NCBI GenBank assembly: GCA_964016885.1 | Contig: OZ024747.1 | Location: 46,748,001-46,812,000 of the forward strand | Direction: 5' to 3' | DNA from: Eledone cirrhosa | Taxonomy: Eukaryota | Length of the DNA stretch: 64,000 bases | In this document: one piece after another, positions 1 to 14,445 of the stretch | Layout: every line of letters begins with the position of its first letter | Numbering within the stretch: position 1 is the stretch's first letter | Notes under the pieces: generated by a model | Told to the model about the DNA's origin: nothing | Seen by the model: the letters and a program-made list of their open reading frames with translations, nothing else | The model's database searches: none | Program-made: the position numbers and the translations under genes

Positions 1-448
1 ATGAAAGACTTTTATTTCACCCATACGAATTTTTTAGGATTTTTTTTTAGTTCGACTGGAGAAAATGTGGACAGTAGGTAATTGACTTAATTGACTCCCG
101 CGTTTTTCACAACGGTGATGCATTAATCCGACTAACTAGATAGACTGAATTGTACGGAAGAGACAAATCAACAATGTTGGACAGCCTGGCGGAGGGCCTT
201 TGCCCATATGTATTCCCAGGGAATACATTCAGGCAAAGATTTGGAGAAAGAGCGTGCTACCGAGGAAGGGTGTGCACAGTATCGTCAATTTGATATGGTT
301 ACTACGAATGAAATTATGTGTCAGACGCAACAAGATAATCATATTTGACAGTGGCAAATCAATGAAGGTGATATATTAAGTTGTCTAGTCAGATTCAGTA
401 ATATGTTTACATGGATATGCGTGTCAAATTAACAGTAATTGTTTACCC

Positions 449-1165
<717 letters not shown>

Positions 1166-1226
1166 ATAGGAACCAGTAAGACCCCGACAGCTGAGCTCAA
1201 GCCGTTTCGACGGCTAATTCTGGACT
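1166..1226 (-). mobile_element. F1 PLE-type terminal repeat fragment (inverted, tail-less copy; 3' half of HHR)
   Basis: ATAGGAACCAGTAAGACCCCGACAGCTGAGCTCAAGCCGTTTCGACGGCTAATTCTGGACT matches the left arms at 19572, 51874 and 59269. Confidence 0.85.
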
Positions 1227-1266
1227 CAATCTGTAAACGCAGAACTGGATATTTCAAAAAACGTTG

Positions 1267-1799
<533 letters not shown>

Positions 1800-1804
<5 letters not shown>

Positions 1805-1959
1805 CTCGATCACCTTGACCGACCGGTCCATCGGGCGCCAAACGGCGCCGCTGGTCACAGCACGTCGTGCTGATTTAGCCATAAGATAACGCCATTCCAG
1901 TAGCTGGGCGGACAGGCCGGTACTCATTTCTACAGCTGAGTAAAGTGGAGCAACGTGAA

Positions 1960-1964
<5 letters not shown>
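1800..1964 (-). mobile_element. SINE family S2, 3' part
   Basis: Reverse complement matches 18116-18247 (TTTATTTCACGTTGCTCC...GGTCAAGGTGAT). Confidence 0.8.
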
Positions 1965-1997
<33 letters not shown>

Positions 1998-2137
1998 ATT
2001 AAAATACTGGAGCGTATTGGAGTTAAACACCCTCTTCGTATTATAGAAATGACAGTAAAAGGTATAGCTCAATGTAATTAAACAGAGCCGAAGAATTATG
2101 AAGATAAAACAAAGAAGCCTTCAATACATCAAAAGTC

Positions 2138-2190
2138 TTTATTAGCCAACAATGTTTCGTCCTATTAAGGACTCATCAGGGCAATTAAAA
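2138..2190 (-). ncRNA. Minimal type I hammerhead ribozyme (Neptune 3' pLTR)
   Basis: TTTAATTGCC-CTGATGA-GTCCT-TAAT-AGGAC-GAAAC-ATT-GTT^GGCTAATAAA. Confidence 0.85.
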
Positions 2191-3871
2191 CAACAAGAAG
2201 TACTATCGGCCAATACAAGCCGAAAATTCCGAAGAATATGGAGTGTACATACACTAAAGTATTGCAAGATTATGGGTAAAAATATATAAAAATCGCTAAG
2301 GAGGTGTATAACATTTAGAACCATATTACAAATATAGTCCAAAGCAAAAAAAAACCTAGAGCTAAACAAAGGTGGTTATATAGAGCGGGAATTATATATA
2401 ATACTATATAATATAATATAATATACTTGTAACAATATTAAAATTACAATAAAAATTAAAAGGCACAATATACATATGTATATATGTACGCACACGTACG
2501 CACATATACATATACATCAATACACATATCCATCTTTAACAGCACAAATTAAACCTTATTAAGAGTTTAAATATAAATAAGCATGATAGGAATAAAAATA
2601 ATAATAATAATAATAATACGTATATCTAATATACATGAAGTAATAAAATTATTAAAAGTAACACATATAATATATAATAAACTATATAATTATATACTAT
2701 ATAATATAATATAATAGACAATCTCCGGTTAATTTACACAAACAATATAGATGTCACAATAATACTATAATAATAATATAATAACATATATAATATATAA
2801 TATATAATGGCATGTAAGTTAACAAATCAATTCATATAGAGTTATAGAGTAGGTGAGAAAAAATATAAATTGTACAATACCCAAAATTATGATGGTACAA
2901 AAATATAAACATCTTACATGATATATAAAATTTAACGTATCATAATGGCACATATAATCAACGGTAAGTAATAAGGATCAATAGTACAATAACAACTACA
3001 ATATAAAATAATAAACATAATATAATATATAATTACTTATAATTACAAGGTTGGTAAACAGACATATATGTAGATGAGTTAATAAGGGCCAGACAGAAAA
3101 CAGAATGCACAGTAGTATTAATAAATAAATAAATAAATAAATAAAATCAACCGGAAATTAAAAAACAAAAACAAAAGTATATACTTAGGTCTCACATGCA
3201 GTTAAGTAAAAACTTAGGAAACAACGCAGGTAAATGACTCAAAAACCCTATTTGATAAATTAATATTAAAAATATTTAAAATATCTAATAAGGCAATACA
3301 ATATAAGCTATGGTTTAAGTAATCAAAATTTATAAACGTTAATATTTCACTACAAATATATATATAAAGGAATGAAATTTTCTACTATCATTTACATAAC
3401 GATATCTAAAAAACTGACTTAAGCAGAATTATGGTAGGCTAATAGGGTCAGAAAAAAAGAAATGTATGAAGGATACAAAGGAGCATAAAATCATAGTCAA
3501 TATACTATATTAAATAATAGAAAGGAGCGTAAAAGAGGGGGGGATTAAATATAATCATAATATATTTGAAGGGGTTGACAATAAGTTTATATGTGCATGG
3601 GGGAGGAGGGAGGGGGGGTTAGCCAAAGAAGAATCCAAATAAAATAAAATAAAATGAAATAAAATAAAATAATGTAAAATATATAATCAGATATATACTC
3701 ATAAGGTGTTAATAGTGAAAATTTAATGCGTAAGAAGATAGATATGGTATAGTAGCCAAAAGATTATGAGAGCTAGAATAAAGAGTTGTCAAAAACCAAT
3801 GATAATAATGATAATAATGGTGGTAAACAAAAAGAACCTAAACTAAAAAAATAAGCAATGGAATATATCAG

Positions 3872-5890
3872 CTAATGGATACAATTTATACTACTAGAAC
3901 CTTTAGGTTTATAATAAAAGTAAGAATTAGAAATAGCGTGGGGGCAAGAAGAGAATATCTCAGACTTTCTATTAAGTAAGGATTCACTAGAGAAAATGAT
4001 AGAGTGTGTCTCGAGGATACAGAGATTACAAAATTTAGTATGTGTAGAAAGGTTATTAGAGCGTGCTACTAAACGCCAATTAAGGCTATATGGTATATTA
4101 GCCCCCTTAAGATCCCAGATATAGTGTGCTAAAGAAGTAGAATTCTTAAACTTAACATGTTTGAAATTAGAGATATGAGAATTAAACCTAGTCTTAAAAG
4201 TGTTAGATGTAGAGCCTATATAAGTTCTATTAGAGGAATTAGTTATAACTACGCAAGTATAGACGATGTTCTTAGAGAGACAGTTACCGTTTAAAGGGCA
4301 GTTAGCACTCACTCTACAGTTACACTTCCGGGTGCTATTGGTTGGCTGAAGTAGTGATGCATTACACGTAGGATTACTATTAGATAAGGTTTGCTCTGGT
4401 GGTAAGGCATTTCCAGATCTGTTCAGACTAGTAGTATGTAGAGAGGAGAATCCATCCCTAATTTTCCTATTGTTAGTGCTAGCTAAATGAGAACTAATAT
4501 TAGGGGTGGTAGAGAATGAAAGTTTAATAACATTTTTATTAAAAATACTATGGTATTTATGAGTAGGGGGGAAATTTTTCTCTAAGATAGAAAAGAAAGA
4601 CCTAGGGATATTAGTTAATACTTCCTGATTATATGGCGGGTTAAAATAAGTATTTAGTCTCCTTCTATTTTTATCCTTACTGACTCTACCATTATCTAAT
4701 ATCCCATTATTAAGACTAGGGTTACTACAAGGATTAGTTAAAACCGCATTATTAGAATCAGCCAAAATTCCATTAAGTCTCTTACTGTTTCTACCTCTAG
4801 TAGATCTGCTGCCGTCTGGAATCCCATCAAAAGGGTTAGGGCCAATAATAGGATCAGTAGAAACAACATTATTAGAATTAGATCTAGCAAAATTATCACC
4901 GATGAGTGAGCGCTCAGAGGGTTCGACTTGTTTCCTAGAGGTATTATATTCCCTATTACGAGTCCCGTGGGTTAACTTATGGATGGGTTCAGATACACCT
5001 ATGTAATTTTTACGGTTATTATGCTTCCTACTCCCATTCATGGCCATGTTATGTGATATTATGTTATTATTATTATGAGTAACCGGAATTAGCTAGGGCA
5101 TTATTATAGTACTCCGCATGTTCATTAAATGTTCGTACGTCCTTAGAGAGTGTGGAAATCCTATTAGATACACCCTTAATTATAGAGCTTATCATAGATT
5201 TGGGGTGGTTAGAATTGGGACTAACATAAGAAAGTATTTCATTAGGCTTATGGAAGGTTTTAAAACTATTAGTGACCAAGTCCAAAGTCACATCTAAAAA
5301 GTTGACCGCTCTATCGTTTCTATCTATCGTGATCGAAAGGTTATAGCTTTTAAAAAACTTATAAAGCTTCTTCTTATTATGCTCGACATTGTTGGTGCTA
5401 GAGTTAATTACAAACAATGCATCATCACGATATAGTCCGCCTTTAAGGTGCGGAAAGGTAACATATAGTTCATTTAGGAGGAACAACCCAACAAGATCAG
5501 TTACCTGGGCCGAATCACTCGAACCCATTGTAACGTCGAAATTGTTGGGTGTGTTTTTACGGGTCCAAAATGTGTCCTCAAAATTAATAATAGTTCTACG
5601 GGCTGCTAGTATAATATCAACCTGTGATCGTGTAAGGCTGGACACTCTCATGGCCAACATTAAAGCTTTATTGAGGAGGATGGATGAAATCTATGTGTAG
5701 TAGGCATCAATATCGAATTGGATAAACTTATTAGATTCAAGTTTATTAATCCCAGAGAACCAATCTATAATTTCCTTAGTGTTCCCCCATAGGTTAAAAT
5801 TAACTTTATCCCTAACATCTGGTATAATAAGGTCAAGGATTTGTTTACTGATTATGGCTATATCGGACATAGAAGGACAGATGAGTCTAA
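3872..5890 (-). pseudogene. PLE reverse transcriptase - GIY-YIG endonuclease polyprotein (disrupted)
   Basis: Motifs FIQFDIDAYY, FDVTMGSSDSAQVTDLVG, GLYRDD, VNFLDVTLD, YFNPPY, CNC..CPLNGNC, IVY...YIG, CNLCILE, LLNRKSEIFSSCPH. In-frame TAG at 5691-5693; (TAA)n stops and a frameshift at about 5050-5075. Confidence 0.92.
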
Positions 5891-5903
5891 CAACTTCTTG
5901 TTG

Positions 5904-5956
5904 TTTTAATTGCCCTGATGAGTCCTTAATAGGACGAAACATTGTTGGCTAATAAA
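5904..5956 (+). ncRNA. Hammerhead ribozyme in inverted 5' pLTR, copy 1
   Basis: Same sequence as 2138-2190 on the opposite strand; CTGATGA at 5915-5921, GAAAC at 5936-5940. Confidence 0.85.
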
Positions 5957-6029
5957 GACTTTTGATAATAAAGACTTTTAATAAAGACTTTTAATAAAGA
6001 CTTTTGATGAGTCTAACAACATCTTGTTG

Positions 6030-6082
6030 TTTTAATTGCCCTGATGAGTCCTTAATAGGACGAAACATTGTTGGCTAATAAA
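6030..6082 (+). ncRNA. Hammerhead ribozyme in inverted 5' pLTR, copy 2
   Basis: Tandem duplicate of 5904-5956; CTGATGA at 6041-6047. Confidence 0.85.
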
Positions 6083-6113
6083 GACTTCTTTGTTTTATTT
6101 TCATATTTTCATA

Positions 6114-6194
<81 letters not shown>

Positions 6195-6253
6195 TACGCT
6201 ATCATCCAAGGATAACTTGAACCGTTAAGGTGTATTCTCCTTGGTTATCTCAA

Positions 6254-6303
<50 letters not shown>

Positions 6304-6442
6304 TTAAGCGATGGCTAACCGGAAGTGTTGACATTTCAGAAATTTTAAAGAAGTGAATCTTAAAATAAGCAACAAAATTATTTATATCTAATAAAAATTA
6401 ACGAAATTTAGTAGATAAATTATGTAATATTCATTCATTATT

Positions 6443-6548
6443 TGCCGAGGTTAACTTTGCCTTTCATCCTTACGGGGTCGATAAAATAAAGTACCAGTAA
6501 TACACTGGTGTATTGCTGACCTTGTGCCAAAAGTAGAAACAATTATTT
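6443..6548 (+). mobile_element. SINE family S1, 3' half
   Basis: GCCGAGGTTAACTTTGCCTTTCATCCTTACGGGGTCGATAAAATAAAGTACCAG...AGAAACAATTATT, shared with more than 10 copies in the window. Confidence 0.85.
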
Positions 6549-7286
6549 ATTCAAAGTAATCCAACTTATTTTACAAACGGGATAAAAAAATATACTCTGG
6601 ACGCAGTCCCACACTCCTCACTTTATTATAGTTTAGATTTGCTGTGGAGTGGCAGTATCGTTAGAGCGTCAGACACCATGCTTTCCAGTATATATATATA
6701 TGCGTGTGTGTGTAAGTGTGTGTATGCGTGTGTTTTATACGGTTTTCGCGCGTGTGTGTGTGTGTTTGTATCTATTACAAACTAAACTTCTGGAATGTTT
6801 GCAGATGTTTCTCTATTTCGTTACAAATGTATATATATATATACAAATGAATATATGAATATTGTATTAACTATAAGAAAAGAACAGCAACAGAACTAAC
6901 TAAAATAATAAAGTGAACAAAATAAATAAGAGCAACTCATTTCTAATCTAAGTAGTAAATACAATATTTAGAACGAAAATAGCAGTAAGTACATGAGTAT
7001 TAACCACGGTGGCATAGAGAAGAATCATTCCTAGATTTCATTATTATATTTACTCTGTAATGGACAGATAATTAGTGGCCATAATCTTGAAGAATAATGA
7101 TAATTAAAAGTCATTATTAGAATATCACATATACATATAGTTGCAAACATATACATAATACATAAACACATATACATATATGTATATATGGATGTGTGTA
7201 TATAAATATGTGGGTATGTGTATATACACACATATATTCACATGTATATATAAGCTTATATGCATACATATACGTATACGTATACG

Positions 7287-7821
<535 letters not shown>

Positions 7822-7859
7822 CATATACACATATACATACACACATATATACATGTCTA

Positions 7860-8370
<511 letters not shown>

Positions 8371-9453
8371 AGAGTTATAAACTCAAAGTCTTTTACAATT
8401 AAATAGCTCAAAGAAAGGGATATTTCTGAGCCGTGTAATACAAATGAATATATGATAGGGATAAACACTAATATAAGTATATAAGTGTTTGTATTGCAAA
8501 TGACCAAGTTAGCTAGATTGAAAAATACTAATTAAAATAATACAGTTTGCCTGTCTCGATTTAAAATAATAAATCAATAAAAATAAACCTATATTGGCAA
8601 TAGCCGTGATACCTGGACAAATTTAAATTTCAAATTTCAGACCAACCTCATCTGTTCAGCCAACTTCATCGTAGTTATATAAAAATACAGAAACACCAAG
8701 GCTAAATTACTTTTCACCGTAGGTCAGGTCAAGAGAGTTTTATTTGGACCTAAATTAAAATAACTACATTGGTCTAGCTGTTATGTTTACAAATTCGCAC
8801 CTAAAGTATATATATTTTTTCTTTAGAACCGGGTTTAAAACCAACAACCTCGGTTCAATTGCTGAGCTTATAGAAGTGCTACTCTATTATCATGGGAAAT
8901 ACTGTTTCTATATACGAAAACATTATGGATTTCATAAGTGCATTGCTATTTATAAACCGCGTTGATAACCGCAAGTTTTGTGGATACCTTAAGATTAGGA
9001 AGTAACCATTAATTTAGTTTAGTATATAATTTATGCCTATTTCATTTACTCATGATCCGAAAGAGACCAGAATTTGAAAAAGGGGAATTAAACTATATAA
9101 ATAAACACAATAAATCTTTATAAATCGCAGAAATGTCTCAACGAATGAATAACTGTAGATGTCCTAGAAAATAGCTATGAATGACACCTAATGCCATGGT
9201 ATAATCCTTTATATAGAAACTCGGAATAGTTGAAACTCTGTGAGTTACGAATATTTAGTATAGGTTCATTGCAACTATAACATTTGTATACATCATGTAT
9301 GTATATGTATGTATTTATTCAATTGAAGAAACTCAGTTGATTAAAAATCTGCCGAACTTTTCTTAACGGTTTTTATTCATCTGGAGGTTTATTGTAATAA
9401 ACAAGAAATACGGTTTTATTCGGGGTGTTGTACGAATAATAACGTCTTTCTTG

Positions 9454-9519
<66 letters not shown>

Positions 9520-9592
9520 ATATCTCTTTCTCTTAATTGCGAGTATATTTTTTTGACCGGCCACCTTCCTGGTTGTAAAAGAAAAGAAATTG

Positions 9593-12500
9593 TCATCCCT
9601 TGAATCGCAAGAATGTTTTGCAAATTTTGAAGGTGACAGCTATCGCAGCCATTTGTAGACTATGAATTAGGGAGCTGCGCTTTTTGTCCGCAAATCCAAG
9701 TTCAGTCATACTTTGGTCCAAGTGGGTTGGTATATAAGCCGTAGCTCCAATAATTGTTTCTACTTTAGACACAAGGCCATCAATTACCCAGTGCCTTACT
9801 GGTACTTTATTTTATCGACCCCGTAAGGATGAAAGGCAAAGTCAACCTCGGCGGGATTTGAACTCAGATCGTAAAGGGACGTAACTATGCTGGAAAGCAT
9901 GGCGTCCGACCCTCTACCGATACTACCAATCCACCGTAGCTCCAATAATGAAGGGTATGAAGCTAAAGGTGTATCTTGGATACTGGATTTGTAAACTCCT
10001 CTTCAATGGTCCGTAGATGTCCTCCTTCTCCTGTATTTTTCTGACGACGTTTACATCAAGTGGGCAGCTGATCTCCACAACAGAACACGTTTTCAATGTG
10101 TGGTCGCAAACAACAATATCAGGCTGGTTGTGCTTTAATTTGGTGGCAGTTTTTATTTTCAGGTTCCACCAGTATTCCTTAGTGCCATCTGTCTCAATAT
10201 ATTCTTCCTCGTTTGTTAATTTTGTTTTCCGAAGTGCGTTCCAGATGGTTCTAGCTATCCCATCGTGTCTCATGGGAAGGTAGTAGCGAGATGACATTTT
10301 TTCGCAGCTGGCAACAATGTGGCTTACATCCTCGATCTTTGTTTTACATAGCCTACATTTATTGTCAGCTGCTAGCCCTCCCCTTTTGTGCAGCAGATAT
10401 TTGGTAGGGTGTTCTTGCTCCTGTATTACATAGAGATATCCCTCAAGGTGTGATGTCATAAACTTGTCGGAACTCCATGCTAGGCTTTTTGAATGGTTTA
10501 TCCTCTCTATGGTCTGTGTTTTACGTCTCAAGTATCCATGCACAACTTTTTCTGTAAATTGGTCAATTTTTTCATCTTGTTTGAACATGGAATAGGATCT
10601 TCCGATTTCTCTGGGTGAGAGATTTATATCAGGCTTTATTCCATATCTCTCCTCCAGATCAGACGCTATTCTAATGATATTTTTTTTTCATGCTCATAAA
10701 CCTGGGCAAGATGGTTGCCAACCTTTTTCCTCTGTTGAAGGTGTTGCTTCAGTGTTACTATCCGGGTCTCATATGTTGTCAATATGGATTTTAGACCCCG
10801 GCCACTTTCCTTGCGTGAGAAGTATAGCCTATCCACATCACCATTGATGTTAAAGTTCCCAGTAACACTGAGAAGTTTGCGAGTTCTAACATCCATCTCA
10901 CTTAGTTCTTGCAATGACCAGTTCAGCAGGCCAAATGTTGGCGTTAGAATTGGCACAGCATAAGTATTGTGGGCAATGTATTTGTTGTACACTGACCATA
11001 TTTTCTTTACTCTTCTGAGGTATTCAGTTCTGGTTCTCTCCTTATTTATGGGTCCATCATATCTGACATTCTCATCCTGTCCAAGATATCTGTAGTTGTC
11101 ACCTGACTGTAGAGTTTGTATTGTCAGGCCGTTCATCTCTAGATTTCTAGAGGAGGGCACAGCTCTTCCACGCTTTACTGCCAAATATGCACACTTGGAC
11201 TCACCAAATTTCATTTTGATGTCGGTTGAAAATTTTGTAATGAGGTCCAATTGTTTCTTGATGTCATTGATATTTGGCCCATACAACTTCAGGTCATCAA
11301 CAAAGAAAAGATGGGAGATACTTCTGGACTCACTTCTTTGTCCACCTTGTTTCCTGAGTAGGTAAGATAGTGGATTTTGTGAGAGAACGAAGAGTAGCAC
11401 TGACAAGCTATCACCCTGAAAGGTAATGTATCTTATCAGTCCTATCTTGCTCCTTCTCACCTTTAAGGATCAAATTGGTGTACCAGTTCTTGGTCAGGCG
11501 TTCAACAGCTGCTACCGATGGTTGTGGGACTTTGGCTAACTGTAAAGCCTTAATAATCCACCCATGAGGTACACTATCAAATGCTTTTTGATAGTCCAGC
11601 CAAACCACACTCATGACTGCGATTCTTTGTTGTTTTTTCCTGAATCATTTTATTAGTTAGTAGGTGATCTATGCAACCCCACCAGCTTGCTCAGGTGTTA
11701 TGATGTTGTTGGTAGCATAGTGATCCTGTAAGAACAGGTTAAGGCACCCAGTATATAATTTATACATGATGTTTTGGCAGGCTATTGGGTGGTAATTTTT
11801 AGCAAGGGTGGTTTTGCTATTTTGGGGAATGAGGAGAGTAGTGGCAGTTGATAACCATCTGGGCAGTTCTTGTGTGCCTTTAATGGTTTCTGTAAACAGC
11901 CGTATGAGATCTTGCCGATAGAAAATGAAATTCTTCAACCAGTATCCTGTAATGAGGTCTGGGCCTGGTGATTTCCTATCCGAAATTTTATGTAGAGCTG
12001 TTTCCAGTATTGACCCCTCTATGTAATATTGTTTTGTCTGGACATGTTGGCAGTAGTCCTGTTCCAGTTCTTTTAGCCAATTAGTTTGTCTGTTGAATCC
12101 GTCATCCGTTTCCTATACAGATCTCCAGTAGCTCTCAAACTGTTCTTTTGAAGGGGTGTCATTTACAGGGATTGAGCTTTTGCCAGCGAAGCTGCGATAA
12201 ACTGATTTAGGATCTCTGGCAAACAATCTATTTAGCACTTGTCGTTTATGTGCTGTTGACTTATATTTTAGTGTTTCTGTTGTAGCTGTGAGTTGTTGTT
12301 TCAAGTGGTGTAATTTGGAGTTCAAAGTTTTTAATTTTGTATCTCCAAATCGTCTCTCTAACTTTTTTTTTAGGTCTTCCTGGTGTTGTGTGAAGTTACT
12401 CTCTATGTTGCATTTCATAACGACTGCGATGTGTGAGATACTTCGTCTCAGGGACAACATTTTGGTTTTTAAATTTCGCATCCACGCTGGTTCAGGCTTT

Positions 12501-13251
12501 CTGTTTGTATCTTGATTGCGTGGTTTTAGATGATTTTTATATGATAGCAATGTGACAGCTGAAACATATAACAAAACATTAAGCGTTTCAAATGTCGTTT
12601 GTACACCTTTAGATCGTATAACCTTCAGATAATTGCCAGCTATTTCGTTCACCGCTTCCAATTCCAATTTAGTGGGTTCTTTACTGATTCTGGTGTTGTA
12701 TGGTCTGTCACTCACATTAAGGCTGTGTATCTCTTGAAACATATCGTCCCATATCACTTGTAAGGTGTCCACAAGTTTTTGGTGTTCTGTTTGTACAGTA
12801 GAGTCATGAATTTCAGCCTCGTTGTTGATGTGGTGACAATTACTACTAGAGTTAGCTGACCTTTCTCGCTGTTCTTCAGTGGAAGTGGGATGGATTTCAG
12901 CAAAATTGTTGGTGAGCTGTTCACTGTTAGATTTAGCTGGCCATTCTCTTTGTCTGTCAGTGGAGGTGGGGTGGTTGTCTACAAGGGCTGTATTTGTAGT
13001 ATCACTCAATTCCGTTAGATGTATCAATTTACATCTAATGATATGTTTTGCCTGTTCATTTAAATGCTTTGGAGAAAAGTCTAATTCTGGGTGTTTGGAG
13101 TTCCATAACGTTTTTAGCCTTGCATAAAACCGAACTTTTGGGGTTCAGATTGTTTGTATGCTTCATATAATTCTTTGTTAAGCTCATAGCTCCACTGTAT
13201 ACAACGGTTGTAGTTGCGATTTGGTCGAAGGAGACTTGTACTTTTTGCCAT
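9593..13251 (-). pseudogene. R4-clade RT / zinc knuckle / RLE polyprotein (multiple frameshifts, SINE insertion)
   Basis: QWSYELNKELYEAY..LWNSKHPEL, KSPGPD, YHPIAC, WLDYQKAFDSVPH, FQGDSLS, HLFFVDDLKLY, YRYLG, CRLCKTKIEDVSHIVASC, NQPDIVV..VEISCP, IPFIIGA. Confidence 0.9.
9755..9935 (-). mobile_element. Full-length tRNA-derived SINE S1 with target-site duplication
   Basis: TSD GTAGCTCCAATAAT at 9741-9754 and 9936-9949; A-box-like TGGTAGTATCGG and B-box GAGTTCAAATCC; interrupts the R4 RLE domain. Confidence 0.93.
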
Positions 13252-13910
13252 GATGAGTTCGTCTATTCACTAATATTTCGTATTTATTTTTCAAAATAGT
13301 CGATGATCTTCTTTAAAAGTTTCGACAAAGTTCTGTCAGAATCAAATTTAAAGTTATTCACAGCTTGGGTAATATTTCTTTTCAGTTAGTTTTTAATTCT
13401 ACAACTGTGTTTTAAACGTTGTTCTTGAATCGTTTGAATCGAGAACAAAAAGAACCGTTACTTAGTATATTTCTTTATGAATGTAATATAATATAACAAC
13501 GCTGTATTTATATGTTAAAGTTTATGTATCATTCATATAAATAGGTGTTCTACAACTTATTCACAACATATTCACAGTTCAAACACCTATATTTTTGTTT
13601 CTGAATCGAAAACGTTACTTGTATATTTCTTTATAAATGTAATATATCAACGTTGCATTTATATGTTAAAGTGTATGTATCGTTCATATATCATAAGTGT
13701 ATGTATTGTTCATATATCATAAGTGTATGTATCCTTCATATAAATAGGTGTTTTACAACACACTTACAGTTCAAACACTTATGTAGAATTATTGTATGTA
13801 ATCTTACGCGTAATGTAGCTCAACTTTTTCCAATATATGGTATGTTGCCTTCATGTAAGCCGTAATTACACGCGTCCGATTATCGGACACTGACCACAAC
13901 GGTCGCCATT

Positions 13911-13985
13911 GTATGTATGTATGTATGTATGTATGTATGTATGTATGTATGTATGTATGTATGTATGTATGTATGTATGTATGTA
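13911..13985. repeat. (GTAT)n microsatellite
   Basis: About 18 perfect units. Confidence 0.97.
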
Positions 13986-13989
13986 TATC

Positions 13990-14397
13990 CGGGAGAGATG
14001 ACCCCTTAGCCTTTGTTAAGGCAGAGTTCTAGAAGGTAAACTCTGATATAACACCTGCAACTCTGATGGTATCCAATGATGTTGACTTGTTCTTCTTTTT
14101 GGTAAATATCATCTTGGTTAAGAGAGTGGGACTTGTTTTGTGCAGTGCCTTTGCGCACTATAAAAGCTTCACGGCACAGGCATTGCTTTATATCTGGAGA
14201 TCTCTCTGCACTTGTCGTCACATGGTACCATGGGCCCAGCACTATGTGTCGATAATTGTCACAAGTGTAGTGTTTGTACCAGAGTTTTCAAGTCGCTGGC
14301 TGAACTAAAAAGTCACACTCGTTCAGCGCATCGGTAGGGGTTCTCCTACATGGATATAAAGTAGTGGCCGTACTGGAAAACGAGTTGGCAGCCACCA
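13990..14397 (+). mobile_element. About 410-bp non-autonomous RTE-derived element, copy 2
   Basis: Highly similar reverse complement of 7411-7821 with the same termini. Confidence 0.75.
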
Positions 14398-14408
14398 TAT
14401 ATGTATAA

Positions 14409-14445
<37 letters not shown>

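Larger units (their letters stand above)
1995..6117 (-). mobile_element. Penelope-like element, Neptune type; 5'-truncated, with inverted 5' pseudo-LTR; inserted in (TA)n
   Basis: RT+GIY-YIG ORF remnants, about 1.7 kb AT-rich 3' region, HHR-bearing 3' repeat at about 1995-2201, and an inverted copy of that repeat at 5893-6115. (TA)n lies on both sides. Confidence 0.92.
9524..13910 (-). mobile_element. R4/Dong-clade (RLE) non-LTR retrotransposon, apparently full length, decayed
   Basis: One frameshifted ORF with R4-type N-terminus, RT, CCHC knuckle and restriction-like endonuclease; bounded by (CATA)n-type repeats at both ends. Confidence 0.88.

Noticed and set aside
5050-5693. Programmed recoding (selenocysteine or readthrough) in the PLE ORF
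   Set aside because: The interruptions are TAG, a TAA run and a frameshift, not in-frame TGA; simple decay explains them.
5891-5942. N-terminus MFRPIKDSSGQLKQQEV of ORF 5691-5942 as a real start
   Set aside because: It is read through the inverted pLTR/hammerhead; the RT is truncated at about 5890.
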